Source: Endomicrobiales bacterium
GTDB taxonomy: Bacteria > Elusimicrobiota > Endomicrobiia > Endomicrobiales > JALOBY01
Direction of reading: 5' to 3'
NCBI GenBank assembly: GCA_963796955.1
Contig: CAWCNJ010000004.1
Location: 32,001 to 96,000, forward strand
DNA length: 64,000 bases
The notes under the pieces were generated by a model, which saw nothing but the letters and a program-made list of their open reading frames with translations, ran no database searches and was not told the DNA's origin. Position numbers and translations under genes: made by a program. Of the stretch, positions 1 to 10,674 are shown in pieces; the stretch's first letter is position 1, and every line of letters starts with the position of its first letter.

Positions 1-1376
<1,376 letters not shown>

Positions 1377-1637
1377 ATGAAAACCTATAAGCTCAGCATC
1401 ATCACCCCTGAAGAAACCGTTTATGCGGGCACGATACAGAGCCTTATCCTGCCCTCGGTTTCCGGCAAGATGGAAGTGCTGGCGGAACACGCCCCTGCCT
1501 TCATAATGCTGGACAAAGGCGTTATAACGGTCCGCGTAGATGATGCCGCTACAAAGACCTTTAAAGTAGAAAGCGGTTACGTGCAGATAACGCATAATGA
1601 CGTTAAGATATTACCAGAGAACATACTTCAGGCCTAG
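1377..1637 (+). CDS. atpC: F1 ATP synthase epsilon subunit, short (N-terminal beta domain only)
   Basis: Follows atpD; LSIITPE, G..EVLAEHAP and VESGYV motifs; 86 aa. Confidence 0.9.
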   Translation: MKTYKLSIITPEETVYAGTIQSLILPSVSGKMEVLAEHAPAFIMLDKGVITVRVDDAATKTFKVESGYVQITHNDVKILPENILQA

Positions 1638-1646
1638 ATGTATTCC

Positions 1647-1676
1647 TTGCCAAACTGGGTGACAATTAGGTACTAT
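1647..1676 (+). promoter_or_regulatory. Possible sigma70 promoter
   Basis: TTGCCA-18bp-TACTAT upstream of RBS GGGGAG and ATG 1710. Confidence 0.35.
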
Positions 1677-1709
1677 GTACCGGCAGCTATTAAACGAAAG
1701 GGGAGATCG

Positions 1710-2138
1710 ATGAGAAAATTAGCCTCGTTGTTCGCAGCAGTAATGCTGTTCGCCGGAGTTTCAGCCTTCGCAGCAGATGTCACGCCGGTAAAGTTGTCGT
1801 TGTTCCCGATGCTCGGCATTCCGCCCGCGCAGATAGTTCACGGCCTTGACCTTGGATTGATCGCGACTAAAGTGGATGAAGTGAAAGGCTGGCAGGCTGG
1901 CTGGATATACGCCGGCACCAGAGACAATATGGTCGGCTTACAGACTGGTTTCGTGACCAGTGCCAAAAAAGTAACCGGCCTTCAGTACGGTTTTGTTAAC
2001 CTTGCCGATAACGCGACCGGCGTTATGCTTGGCTTCGTAAACGTTGCCGATAACATGAAAGGCGTGCAGATAGGCCTTGTTAACGTTATCAAAAGCGGTC
2101 CCGTTCCCGCGATGGTATTGATCAACGCTAATTTCTAA
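1710..2138 (+). CDS. Exported LA_2272-like surface repeat protein
   Basis: Signal peptide; repeated GxQxGxVN units; C-terminal Phe; start moved to ATG 1710 after the RBS. Confidence 0.7.
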   Translation: MRKLASLFAAVMLFAGVSAFAADVTPVKLSLFPMLGIPPAQIVHGLDLGLIATKVDEVKGWQAGWIYAGTRDNMVGLQTGFVTSAKKVTGLQYGFVNLADNATGVMLGFVNVADNMKGVQIGLVNVIKSGPVPAMVLINANF

Positions 2139-2155
2139 AAGTCACAAAATATTTG

Positions 2156-2192
2156 AAAAGCTCTCGATCTTTACCGACCGGGAGCTTTTTTT
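2156..2192 (+). terminator. Rho-independent terminator
   Basis: AAAAGCTCTCG...CGGGAGC followed by T7. Confidence 0.85.
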
Positions 2193-2206
2193 ATTGAGGA
2201 GGAGTT

Positions 2207-2818
2207 ATGAAAAGGACAGCAGCGGTCGCAACAGTTTTGCTGGCTGGCTTGATATTCGGCCAGGGGGTTAATGTCGGTTTATCTACAGAGGGGGGTAAAA
2301 TGAAAGATACGTTTGAAGTGATCAATTCCAGGAAAAGCGTGAGGCATTTTACGGGCAAGGCGGTTGATAAGGCCGACCTTGATAAAATAGTGCGCGCCGG
2401 CATGGCAGCGCCAACAGCGGTGAACATGCAGCCCTGGAGTTTTGTGGTCGTGACTAACCGCGCTGTGATGGATAAGCTCGGAGAGGCTCTGCCGCACGCC
2501 CAGATGATAGCAAAAGCCGGCGCCATTATAGTAGTTTGCACGGAACCCGCCAAAGCCATCAACGCAAGCCAGGATTTTGCGATCATAGACGCCAGCCTTG
2601 CTGGTGAAAACATCCTGCTTGCGACAGAAGCGCTGGGCCTTGGCGCCACCTGGACCGCCGCGTACCCCGACAAAGAAGCGATGCAGTCCGTTCGCGATAT
2701 CCTCGGCATCCCTGGAAGTGTTATCCCGCTTAACGTTACCCCTATTGGATACCCCACCGGAGAAGACAAACCTAAAGATAAATACAAAAAAGAAAAACTC
2801 CATTGGGAGAAGTGGTAA
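2207..2818 (+). CDS. Nitroreductase family protein with N-terminal signal-like extension
   Basis: RKSVRHF, APTAVNMQPWSFVVV, LLATEALGLGATW; second RBS+ATG at 2300. Confidence 0.92.
   Translation: MKRTAAVATVLLAGLIFGQGVNVGLSTEGGKMKDTFEVINSRKSVRHFTGKAVDKADLDKIVRAGMAAPTAVNMQPWSFVVVTNRAVMDKLGEALPHAQMIAKAGAIIVVCTEPAKAINASQDFAIIDASLAGENILLATEALGLGATWTAAYPDKEAMQSVRDILGIPGSVIPLNVTPIGYPTGEDKPKDKYKKEKLHWEKW
2802..2817 (+). repeat. 16-bp direct repeat, copy 1 (nitroreductase 3' end)
   Basis: ATTGGGAGAAGTGGTA identical to 4461-4476. Confidence 0.9.
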
Positions 2819-2847
2819 TTTAACGATCAGTTGCTGGAGGGAACGAT

Positions 2848-3324
2848 ATGGGTTTTGCCGGTTTAAGGAATACGATCGCTGCCGTGCTGGTTTTTGCCTC
2901 TGTCTGTGTTTTGCGTGCCGGCGCTATGGAGCTGGATACACTGCGCTGGCACGTGTTCGGCAGGACAATAACTCTCACGGGCACGATTACCGAACACGAG
3001 TCCTATAGATCTCCGGAGGCTCAAAAAATAGACAAATATTATCTGCTGAAACTGGATAAGCCCATAAATATCCGGGACAAAGATATTGCCCGGGTTGAGA
3101 ACGATGTCGCCGAACTTCAGCTGAAAATTAACTGGCATGGCCAAAAAACCGCGCTACCCAGGGGGAATTTCTCAGCCCTGCTCGAAAGAAAAGTCTCCGT
3201 CAGGGGGATTCTGTTCCCCAACACCGCAAGTGAAGCCGCAAAGATCCTGATAAGCGCCCAATCCATAAAACCCTACAAAAAACCCACCCGCAGCCACAAG
3301 AAACACAGGACAACCACGGCTTGA
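2848..3324 (+). CDS. Exported hypothetical protein, DUF4431-like
   Basis: RBS GGAGG; signal peptide; ITLTGTI, YYLLKLDKPI, ELQL, KVSVRG pattern. Confidence 0.55.
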   Translation: MGFAGLRNTIAAVLVFASVCVLRAGAMELDTLRWHVFGRTITLTGTITEHESYRSPEAQKIDKYYLLKLDKPINIRDKDIARVENDVAELQLKINWHGQKTALPRGNFSALLERKVSVRGILFPNTASEAAKILISAQSIKPYKKPTRSHKKHRTTTA

Positions 3325-3362
3325 TAGAGGTTTGTTGAATCGACTAACATGTTTCGGTAAAC

Positions 3363-3393
3363 TACTTTAAATATTACTTTAAATATGCTTTAA
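3363..3393 (+). repeat. Tandem 12-bp repeat upstream of fic
   Basis: TACTTTAAATAT twice plus partial GCTTTAA. Confidence 0.75.
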
Positions 3394-3400
3394 TGTTGAT

Positions 3401-4420
3401 GTGGAAACAACACCGAAATTCACTATTACATTACATTTATCAAAACTCATTGATGAGATCAGTGCTCTTCGGGAGAAAATATTAGCTTCTCGTGTGCGGA
3501 TCGCCTGGAAACCGCAGATGCAGAGAGAAGCGATAATACGAAATGCGATGGGATCGACCGCTATTGAAGGTTTTATACTGAGTTTGCCGGAAGTTCAGGC
3601 ACTTGCGCAAGGAAAACATGAGCTTCAAACACTAAGTTCCACTGAACGAGCGGTATTTAATTATCTGGCGGCACTGCGTAAACTTCAAAAAGATACGCCC
3701 GACAAACTCAGCAATGAATTTGTTCGTTCATTGCACGCGATAATCGCCGAGGGTGCCTCTCATGGCGGAAAGGTTGGCGAGTACAGGAAAGTTCAGAATT
3801 TTATCGTGAATGGTTACGGCCGGGTTGTATACAGGCCCCCGGCGCCAGCAGTCGTGCCCAAGCTGATGGATCAATTCATTGATTTTGTAAATGCAAGATC
3901 TCAAGATTATCTGCCGGTTATATCATCAGCGATAATTCATTATAAATTTGTTGCGATCCATCCATTTGTTGACGGCAATGGGCGGGTTGGCCGTATACTT
4001 GGTACGTGGGAACTCTTTCGCAGGAAGTTTGATACTGAATATATATTCGCGATCGATGATATTATTTACGAGCATAAAGCGGCTTATTACAAGGCGCTTG
4101 AAGTAGTAAGATCAGAAAAAGGCGATCTAACGCATTGGCTGGAATATTATCTGGAAACGGTCGCCGAATCCCTTTCTAGCGCGTGGAATCGTGTAGTACG
4201 CCTCCCAAAGAATGCTGCGGTGAAGGGACTTTCACTGTCGCCTAGTCAGGAAAAAGCTTTAACTCTTCTAAAAGATGTGGGCGAACTTAGCGTAAGAGAT
4301 TTGGCGGTAACTCTCAAACTCACAGTGCAAGGTGTGCATTTTATCCTGAAGCCGCTTATTGAAGCTGGCGTTGTGGAACGCAGGGGTGGTAAAAAGACCG
4401 GAACCTACGGTCTAGCATAA
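3401..4420 (+). CDS. Fic family protein (class II) with C-terminal winged HTH
   Basis: HPFVDGNGRVGR catalytic motif; inhibitory STAIEG motif; C-terminal wHTH-like segment. Confidence 0.93.
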   Translation: METTPKFTITLHLSKLIDEISALREKILASRVRIAWKPQMQREAIIRNAMGSTAIEGFILSLPEVQALAQGKHELQTLSSTERAVFNYLAALRKLQKDTPDKLSNEFVRSLHAIIAEGASHGGKVGEYRKVQNFIVNGYGRVVYRPPAPAVVPKLMDQFIDFVNARSQDYLPVISSAIIHYKFVAIHPFVDGNGRVGRILGTWELFRRKFDTEYIFAIDDIIYEHKAAYYKALEVVRSEKGDLTHWLEYYLETVAESLSSAWNRVVRLPKNAAVKGLSLSPSQEKALTLLKDVGELSVRDLAVTLKLTVQGVHFILKPLIEAGVVERRGGKKTGTYGLA

Positions 4421-4439
4421 AACGCAGGACTCTATAAAC

Positions 4440-4457
4440 AGACCCGGGGTCGGGTCT
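4440..4457. repeat. Short perfect hairpin (REP-like)
   Basis: AGACCCG-GGGT-CGGGTCT. Confidence 0.55.
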
Positions 4458-4460
4458 CAA

Positions 4461-4476
4461 ATTGGGAGAAGTGGTA
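4461..4476 (+). repeat. 16-bp direct repeat, copy 2
   Basis: Identical to 2802-2817; reads WEKW-stop like the nitroreductase end. Confidence 0.9.
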
Positions 4477-4511
4477 GACTGTTTCCTGTCTGCTGCTACT
4501 GCCAACTGCTG

Positions 4512-4545
4512 TTGAACCGCCAAGTATATTCTGATATACTTGGCG
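4512..4545 (+). promoter_or_regulatory. TA promoter with overlapping palindromic operator
   Basis: TTGAAC-17bp-TATACT; perfect inverted repeat CGCCAAGTATAT-tctg-ATATACTTGGCG (4518-4545). Confidence 0.8.
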
Positions 4546-4565
4546 TGTAGCATTGGAGGTTCCAA

Positions 4566-4775
4566 GTGAATTCCAAAGCAATTTTAAAAGAGGCGTTACA
4601 CCTTCATCCCGCCGAAAGGTTGCAGTTAGTAGAATATCTGGTCAATAGTCTTGATAAACCGGATGAAGAAATTGAAAAAGCCTGGTCGGCTGAATCTGAA
4701 AAACGTTTTCAGGCTTATAAGCAGGGTAAGGTTAAAACCTATGACCTAAGGGAAGTCGCAGAAAGGTATAAATAA
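4566..4775 (+). CDS. Addiction module antitoxin (TIGR02574-like)
   Basis: ALHLHPAERLQLVEYLVNSL...AWSAESEKR; RBS GGAGG; precedes RelE/ParE gene. Confidence 0.85.
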   Translation: MNSKAILKEALHLHPAERLQLVEYLVNSLDKPDEEIEKAWSAESEKRFQAYKQGKVKTYDLREVAERYK

Positions 4776-5039
4776 ATGAATGTAAAGTTCATTGAGCCTG
4801 CACTGCTTGAATTAGATGATGCGATCAAGTATTATAATGAAGAATTAGATGGCCTTGGTACTAGATTTTACAAAGAAGTGTTAAGTACAATTGAGTTGAT
4901 AAAATTATTTTCAGATTCATGGAATAAATGCTCACCCAATACCAGAAAAGCTATAGTGAAAACCTTCCCTTACAACCTCATATACGCTGTTGACAGCAAA
5001 ACAATACGAAAAAAGAAAGTGATGACGGTTATAACCTAG
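4776..5039 (+). CDS. RelE/ParE family toxin, C-terminus possibly replaced
   Basis: ELDDAIKYY, GLGTRF, TRKAIVKTFPYNLIY; usual terminal strand not evident. Confidence 0.8.
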   Translation: MNVKFIEPALLELDDAIKYYNEELDGLGTRFYKEVLSTIELIKLFSDSWNKCSPNTRKAIVKTFPYNLIYAVDSKTIRKKKVMTVIT

Positions 5040-5110
5040 TCTTTAGCTAAGCGTAAGAACGATTGGTGTTTTGTTCGCAAAAGTGGTGGTATTTTGATAG
5101 AATACTGCCT

Positions 5111-6103
5111 ATGACACCGTGGGAAAAATTCATTGAACTTAATAGCAGGTCCGGGCTAGTAAAGGCCGGGGACAGGGTGCTGGTTTCTGTTTCCGGGGGG
5201 CCTGATTCTGTTGCTTTATTACATCTCCTCTGGCGGCTGAAAAAAAACCTTCCTTTTCAACTTTTCGTGCTGACCATGAACCATGGGCTGCGGAAAGTTG
5301 CCTCTAAAGAAATTAAACTTGTTCAGCAACTCGGCGCGAAACTTGGCGTGACCGTTATCACGGAAGTTTTGGCGGTCACAGAACACGCTAAGCGGACAAA
5401 ACAATCTGTGGAAACCGCGGCGCGTGAACTTCGTTACCGTGCATTGGCGAAAGTAGCCAGGGTTTACAAGATCAACAAGATCGCTACCGGCCACACGGCC
5501 TCGGACACGGCTGAAACTATGCTGATGTGGCTTTTACGCGGCACCGGTACGGCAGGCCTTGCCGGTATCCCCGAAAGCAGGCCATTGGACGGCCCCCCCG
5601 CTGTCACTATTATCCGGCCGATCCTTTCCTTAACGCGGCGCGATATTTTGGGTTACTGCGAAAGCCAAAAGCTTACTTTTGCCATTGATGGATCCAATCT
5701 CTCTCTGGATTATACGCGCAACCGTATACGCCACAAGATAATGCCCTTGATGGAGGAACTTAATCCCCGGTTTACGGAACACTGCTATACGCTGTCGCAA
5801 ATTGTGGCGGGGGAGCAGATGTTTTTGAACAAGCTCACCGATGCCGCCTGTGGAGCCTGTATTTCGACGAAAAAAGACAGCGCGATTGTCCTTGATTTGC
5901 GCCGCTATATTCGATATAATGAACAGGTTCGCGCGCGAGTGCTGAAACGGCTTTTGCCCGTGCGAAAAACCGCGCAAACTATCCATGCGTTGACGCGATT
6001 TATTGAAGACAAAAAAGCGCGTACATGGCCGGTCTCGGGAGAATGGACGGCAGTTAAGCGCCCCGGGACGGTAGTGTTTCAGCCTCATCCCAAAAAATCA
6101 TAG
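5111..6103 (+). CDS. tilS: tRNA(Ile)-lysidine synthetase
   Basis: SGGPDS PP-loop, NHGLR, ARELRY, GHTASD, RNRIRH; start at ATG 5111. Confidence 0.96.
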   Translation: MTPWEKFIELNSRSGLVKAGDRVLVSVSGGPDSVALLHLLWRLKKNLPFQLFVLTMNHGLRKVASKEIKLVQQLGAKLGVTVITEVLAVTEHAKRTKQSVETAARELRYRALAKVARVYKINKIATGHTASDTAETMLMWLLRGTGTAGLAGIPESRPLDGPPAVTIIRPILSLTRRDILGYCESQKLTFAIDGSNLSLDYTRNRIRHKIMPLMEELNPRFTEHCYTLSQIVAGEQMFLNKLTDAACGACISTKKDSAIVLDLRRYIRYNEQVRARVLKRLLPVRKTAQTIHALTRFIEDKKARTWPVSGEWTAVKRPGTVVFQPHPKKS

Positions 6104-6124
6104 ACGTAAACTATAGGAGATATA

Positions 6125-8026
6125 ATGGACAAAAAAGGCCGCTGGGATCTTATTATCTGGTTCATAGTTTTTCTCTTCCTGCTCTATTTCATCCAGTCGG
6201 CGCGTCAGGCGAATATCGAGCAGGATGTAACGTATTCAACCTTTAAACAATATCTGAAGAACAGCCAGGTCACTAAGGTCACCGTTATGCCGGATTTCAT
6301 AAAAGGCCAGTATAAGGCGGCCGACGGCAAAACCTATAACTTCAAGACCGTTCCGATGGAAGACCCAAAACTTATAGATGAAATGGATGAGTACCACGTC
6401 GCTTCCTACGATGCAAAAAAGGAATCCGGCTGGTTCCTGCCCCTGCTGATGAACTGGGGTCCGGTGATACTGCTGATCGTTTTCTGGCTGTGGATGATAA
6501 AAGGCATGCAGGGCGGCGGCAAACAGATGATGGCCTTCGGCCGCAGCAAGGCCAAAATGCAGGGTGTTAAAAAAACGAAGATAACTTTTGCCGACGTCGC
6601 AGGTTGTGATGAAGCCAAGGAAGAGCTGCAGGAGATCATAGAATTTTTAAAGGATCCGGCGAAATTCCAGAAGCTGGGCGGAAAAATACCCAAGGGCGTG
6701 CTGCTGTATGGCGCACCCGGCACAGGTAAAACGCTTCTTGCCAAAGCAGTCGCGGGTGAGGCTGGCGTGCCGTTCTTCTCTTCCAGCGGTTCAGAATTCG
6801 TTGAAATGTTCGTCGGTGTCGGCGCCAGCCGCGTGCGAGACCTGTTCGATCAGGGCCGCAAGAACGCGCCGTGTTTGCTGTTCGTAGACGAAATAGATGC
6901 CGTCGGGCGCCACCGTTTCGCCGGCATCGGCGGCGGTCATGATGAAAGAGAGCAGACCCTTAACCAACTGCTGGTAGAGATGGACGGCTTTGATACCAAA
7001 GAAGGCGTGATATTGATAGCGGCGACCAACCGCCCCGATGTGCTTGACCCCGCGCTTATGCGCCCTGGCCGTTTTGACCGGCATGTGGGAGTTCCTTCGC
7101 CCGACTTAAAAGGCCGCGAACAGATACTGAAAGTGCATTCGAAAAACGTTAAGACGGCCGATGCCGTGGACCTTACCGTTATAGCACGCCGCACGCCCGG
7201 TTTTGTGGGTGCCGACCTTGCTAATCTGGTCAACGAAGCCGCCTTGCTCGCCGCCCGCAAGAACCGCCCCTCGGTAGAGATGGAAGATCTTGAGGAAGCG
7301 ATAGATCGCGTGATAGCGGGGCCGCAGCGTAAATCGCGCATGATATCCGATGCCGAAAAGAAAATTATAGCGTACCACGAATCGGGCCATACGATCGTCG
7401 CAAAACTCACGCCCGGTTCCGATCCCGTGCATAAAGTCTCCATTGTTTCCAGAGGGCCCGCGCTTGGCTATACTCTGCAGCTGCCGCTGGAAGATAAATA
7501 TCTTACCGGCAGGCAGGAACTGCTGGCCCGCCTGAAAGTATTGCTTGGCGGCAGAGCCGCCGAAGAATTAGTGTTCAAAGAAGTTACTACCGGCGCGCAC
7601 AATGATCTTTCCAAGGCCACTGAGATGGCGCAGCGCATGGTAACGGAATTCGGCATGAGCGACCGCATCGGGCCGCTGTCCCTGCGGACCGGCGAAAGCG
7701 AGATCTTCCTGGGCCGCGATATCGCCAGGGAGCCCAGGTTCTCTAACAAGACCATGGAAATAATTGACGATGAAGTAAGAAAACTGGTAGAAGACGCACG
7801 GACCCACGCCCTTACGCTTCTCGGCGATAATCTGGCCTTCCTTAACACCATGGCGGACGCCCTGGTGGAAAGAGAGAACCTGGACAGTGAAGAAATAGAG
7901 CTTATTATGACCGGAAAACCGCTGCCGCCGATGAAAGTTGTTGTGCCGCCTGCACCCGCAGCGCCGGCTCCCGTTGAGCCGACGCCGCCGGCCGCAGAAG
8001 GAACTACTTCTGAGGGAAAGGCCTAG
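6125..8026 (+). CDS. ftsH: ATP-dependent zinc metalloprotease FtsH
   Basis: Two TM segments, GAPGTGKT, second region of homology, HESGH. Confidence 0.99.
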   Translation: MDKKGRWDLIIWFIVFLFLLYFIQSARQANIEQDVTYSTFKQYLKNSQVTKVTVMPDFIKGQYKAADGKTYNFKTVPMEDPKLIDEMDEYHVASYDAKKESGWFLPLLMNWGPVILLIVFWLWMIKGMQGGGKQMMAFGRSKAKMQGVKKTKITFADVAGCDEAKEELQEIIEFLKDPAKFQKLGGKIPKGVLLYGAPGTGKTLLAKAVAGEAGVPFFSSSGSEFVEMFVGVGASRVRDLFDQGRKNAPCLLFVDEIDAVGRHRFAGIGGGHDEREQTLNQLLVEMDGFDTKEGVILIAATNRPDVLDPALMRPGRFDRHVGVPSPDLKGREQILKVHSKNVKTADAVDLTVIARRTPGFVGADLANLVNEAALLAARKNRPSVEMEDLEEAIDRVIAGPQRKSRMISDAEKKIIAYHESGHTIVAKLTPGSDPVHKVSIVSRGPALGYTLQLPLEDKYLTGRQELLARLKVLLGGRAAEELVFKEVTTGAHNDLSKATEMAQRMVTEFGMSDRIGPLSLRTGESEIFLGRDIAREPRFSNKTMEIIDDEVRKLVEDARTHALTLLGDNLAFLNTMADALVERENLDSEEIELIMTGKPLPPMKVVVPPAPAAPAPVEPTPPAAEGTTSEGKA

Positions 8027-8029
8027 TTG

Positions 8030-8587
8030 ATGGACAAAAAAAAGATCGAGAAGGCTGTTGCCGCGCTGCTTGAAGCGATAGGGGAGAACCCGCAGCGTGA
8101 AGGCCTGAAAGGCACCCCGGCGCGCATGGGCGAACTGTATTGCGAGCTGCTGGAAGGGCATAACGACGATCCTAAGAACATTCTGAAAGTTTATTACAGC
8201 GAAGAAGAACATGAAGAAATAGTTCTGGTTAAAGATATTGCGTTTTATTCGATGTGCGAGCACCATCTGCTGCCGTTCTTTGGCAAAGTGCATCTGGCCT
8301 ATATCCCGAAAAAACACCGGTTGCTGGGCCTGTCAAAACTTGTGCGGGTAGTGGAAATGTACGCGCGCCGTCTGCAGTTGCAGGAGCGCATGACCAAACA
8401 GATGGCCGATGCCATTATGGATGTGGCGAAGCCGCACGGCTGCATGGTGGTGATCGAGGCGGAACACCTCTGCATGACCATGCGCGGTGTTAAAAAGCCG
8501 GGTTCAAAAATGGTGACCTCGGCGATGCGCGGCATATTCCTTAAGGACGCCCGCACCAGGGCAGAAGCGCTCTCGTTGATAAAATGA
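8030..8587 (+). CDS. folE: GTP cyclohydrolase I
   Basis: [26 protein letters not shown]. Confidence 0.98.
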   Translation: MDKKKIEKAVAALLEAIGENPQREGLKGTPARMGELYCELLEGHNDDPKNILKVYYSEEEHEEIVLVKDIAFYSMCEHHLLPFFGKVHLAYIPKKHRLLGLSKLVRVVEMYARRLQLQERMTKQMADAIMDVAKPHGCMVVIEAEHLCMTMRGVKKPGSKMVTSAMRGIFLKDARTRAEALSLIK

Positions 8588-9798
8588 CCATACGCGTATT
8601 AGATTTATCAACACCGGCGGAAGCGCGCGCGGCTGTAGCGCGGACCGGGGCGGATCCCTATTCTGTGCCGTTGATGGCGGCTAAAGCCATAGTGCGCGCC
8701 GTAGAATTAAAGAATATCGACAACCGGGCCGCGAACCTTCTGAAGCAGGAAATGCTGAGCCTGGGCGGTGAGGCCGCGGTGAGCCACGCTGTTTCCCGTT
8801 TTGAAAAAGGTTCATCAACTGTCTTGCTGCTTGGCACCGTTTCGCAGTTCGGCCGGCTTTTGCCGCGGCTTTCCAGACAGCCGTTCGGTCTGAAAACCAT
8901 TGCGCAGCAGCTTTCCATCGCTCTTTCAAACTACTCGTTACAAAATTTCAAGATAACGTCCCGCAGAAAAACGCTTGCTCTAGGCGACACTCCTGTGCTG
9001 ATGGGCATTCTTAACGTCACGCCCGATTCTTTTTCCGATGGTGGTCGTTATCAAACGCTTGAGGCGGCGGTCGCGCACGGCGTTTCAATGGCCGAAGCGG
9101 GCGCCGCAATAATAGATGTCGGCGGTCAGTCGACCAGACCGGGCGCGAAACCGGTGGGGGCGCACGAAGAAAAGGGCAGAGTCGTAAGCGTTATCCGCGC
9201 TCTTGCAAAAAAAGTCAAGGTTGCGATATCCATAGATACTTTTCAACCGGAAGTTGCACAAGCAGCCCTCGACGCCGGCGCGGGCATCATCAACGACATT
9301 ACCGCCTTACGTTTCAAGGGCGGAAAAATGGCGGCTGTTGCCGCAAGAAGTAAAACGCCGGTGGTGCTGATGCATATGCAGGGTACGCCGGGTACTATGC
9401 AGAAAAATCCGTCATATAAAGATGTCGTCTCTGAAATTCAAGATTTTTTCGTGGAACGCATGGGTTTTGCCGCGGATAAGGGTATAGATCCCGGACGGAT
9501 AATACTAGATCCCGGGTTAGGCTTTGGTAAAACCGCGCAGCATAATCTGGCGATCCTGCGGCGCCTGAAAGAGTTCTCCGTCATTGGCCGGCCGCTGCTG
9601 GTAGGGTTGTCTAACAAATCATTTGTCGGTAAGGTGACCGGTGTAGAAGCTGCACATGACCGGTTGAACGGCAGCATAGGCGCCGCTCTCTGGGCGGCAA
9701 TGAACGGCGCGCGGATATTACGCGTACACGACGTGGCTGCAACGTCCCAGGCTATAAGAATGTTGTCAGCAATAAGGAATTCCGATAATGCTGTATGA
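8584..9798 (+). CDS. folP: Dihydropteroate synthase with ~130-aa N-terminal extension
   Basis: [31 protein letters not shown]. Confidence 0.97.
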   Translation: MTIRVLDLSTPAEARAAVARTGADPYSVPLMAAKAIVRAVELKNIDNRAANLLKQEMLSLGGEAAVSHAVSRFEKGSSTVLLLGTVSQFGRLLPRLSRQPFGLKTIAQQLSIALSNYSLQNFKITSRRKTLALGDTPVLMGILNVTPDSFSDGGRYQTLEAAVAHGVSMAEAGAAIIDVGGQSTRPGAKPVGAHEEKGRVVSVIRALAKKVKVAISIDTFQPEVAQAALDAGAGIINDITALRFKGGKMAAVAARSKTPVVLMHMQGTPGTMQKNPSYKDVVSEIQDFFVERMGFAADKGIDPGRIILDPGLGFGKTAQHNLAILRRLKEFSVIGRPLLVGLSNKSFVGKVTGVEAAHDRLNGSIGAALWAAMNGARILRVHDVAATSQAIRMLSAIRNSDNAV

Positions 9799-10579
9799 GA
9801 TCTGGTTCAATTATTTAATACCGGTCGCCGATATACTGCTGATAGCCTACGTTTTTTACCGGGCTCTGCTTCTGATACAGGGTACGCGGGCCGTGCAGAT
9901 AATAATAGGTATCTTAACGCTGGTGGTCATCACCGTTATAGCTGAGGCGGTGCTGCGGCTTAATACGCTCAGCTGGCTGCTGAACAAATTCTGGGTGGCG
10001 GCACCCGTCATTTTGGTGGTGGTCTTTCAGCCCGAAATACGCAGTATGCTCGCGCAGCTGGGCAGCCACCGCTGGAGCCGTATGTTGCTGACGTCCCAAC
10101 AACAGTTCATAGACGAGATAATCGATGCGGTGAAAGATTGTTCCACACGCAACGTAGGCGCTCTTATCGTGCTGGAGCAGGAAATAGGATTGCGCACCCA
10201 GATAGAGACGGGTACGATCATTAACGGCGAAGTAAGCAAAGAGCTTTTGCAATCTATTGTGAACACCAAGTCGCCGCTGCACGACGGCGCGATAATAATA
10301 CAAAATAATCGCCTGATAGCCGCCGGCTGCCTGCTGCCGCTTACCAGCGAGAATGGTATATTGAAGGTGCTGGGCACGCGTCACCGCGCGGCTGTAGGCC
10401 TCAGCGAGATCTCCGACGCGCTGATCATTGTGGTGAGCGAAGAGAGCGGCGGTATTTCGGTTGCCCGCAGCGGGAAACTTGAAACGAATATTGAAGCCGC
10501 GGAATTGCGCGGCCGGCTTAAGGATATGTACGCGCAACGGGCGAGATCGCTGCTGCGCAGGGCCAGGGAGCAGGCATGA
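9788..10579 (+). CDS. cdaA: Diadenylate cyclase CdaA
   Basis: Three TM segments; HDGA and GTRHRAA motifs; cdaA-glmM context. Confidence 0.96.
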   Translation: MLYEIWFNYLIPVADILLIAYVFYRALLLIQGTRAVQIIIGILTLVVITVIAEAVLRLNTLSWLLNKFWVAAPVILVVVFQPEIRSMLAQLGSHRWSRMLLTSQQQFIDEIIDAVKDCSTRNVGALIVLEQEIGLRTQIETGTIINGEVSKELLQSIVNTKSPLHDGAIIIQNNRLIAAGCLLPLTSENGILKVLGTRHRAAVGLSEISDALIIVVSEESGGISVARSGKLETNIEAAELRGRLKDMYAQRARSLLRRAREQA

Positions 10580-10674
10580 ATATTTTCAGACGGTTCAGGG
10601 AAAATTGGGACCTGAAGCTTATCGCCCTGGCGCTGGCGATAGCATTATGGTACTACGTGAGGTATTTTTCATGA
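10576..10674 (+). CDS. 32-aa CdaR-like membrane peptide (not in ORF track)
   Basis: [36 protein letters not shown] overlaps with cdaA stop and glmM start; resembles the CdaR/YbbR N-terminal helix. Confidence 0.8.
   Translation: MNIFRRFRENWDLKLIALALAIALWYYVRYFS

Noticed and set aside
2818..5040. Integron cassette array for the Fic/TA islet
   Set aside because: Isolated RYYYAAC and GTTRRRY matches do not pair into attC structures; no integrase
10461..10670. N-terminal extension of GlmM in the ORF track
   Set aside because: Overlaps cdaA and the mini-CdaR ORF; conserved GlmM start is at 10671
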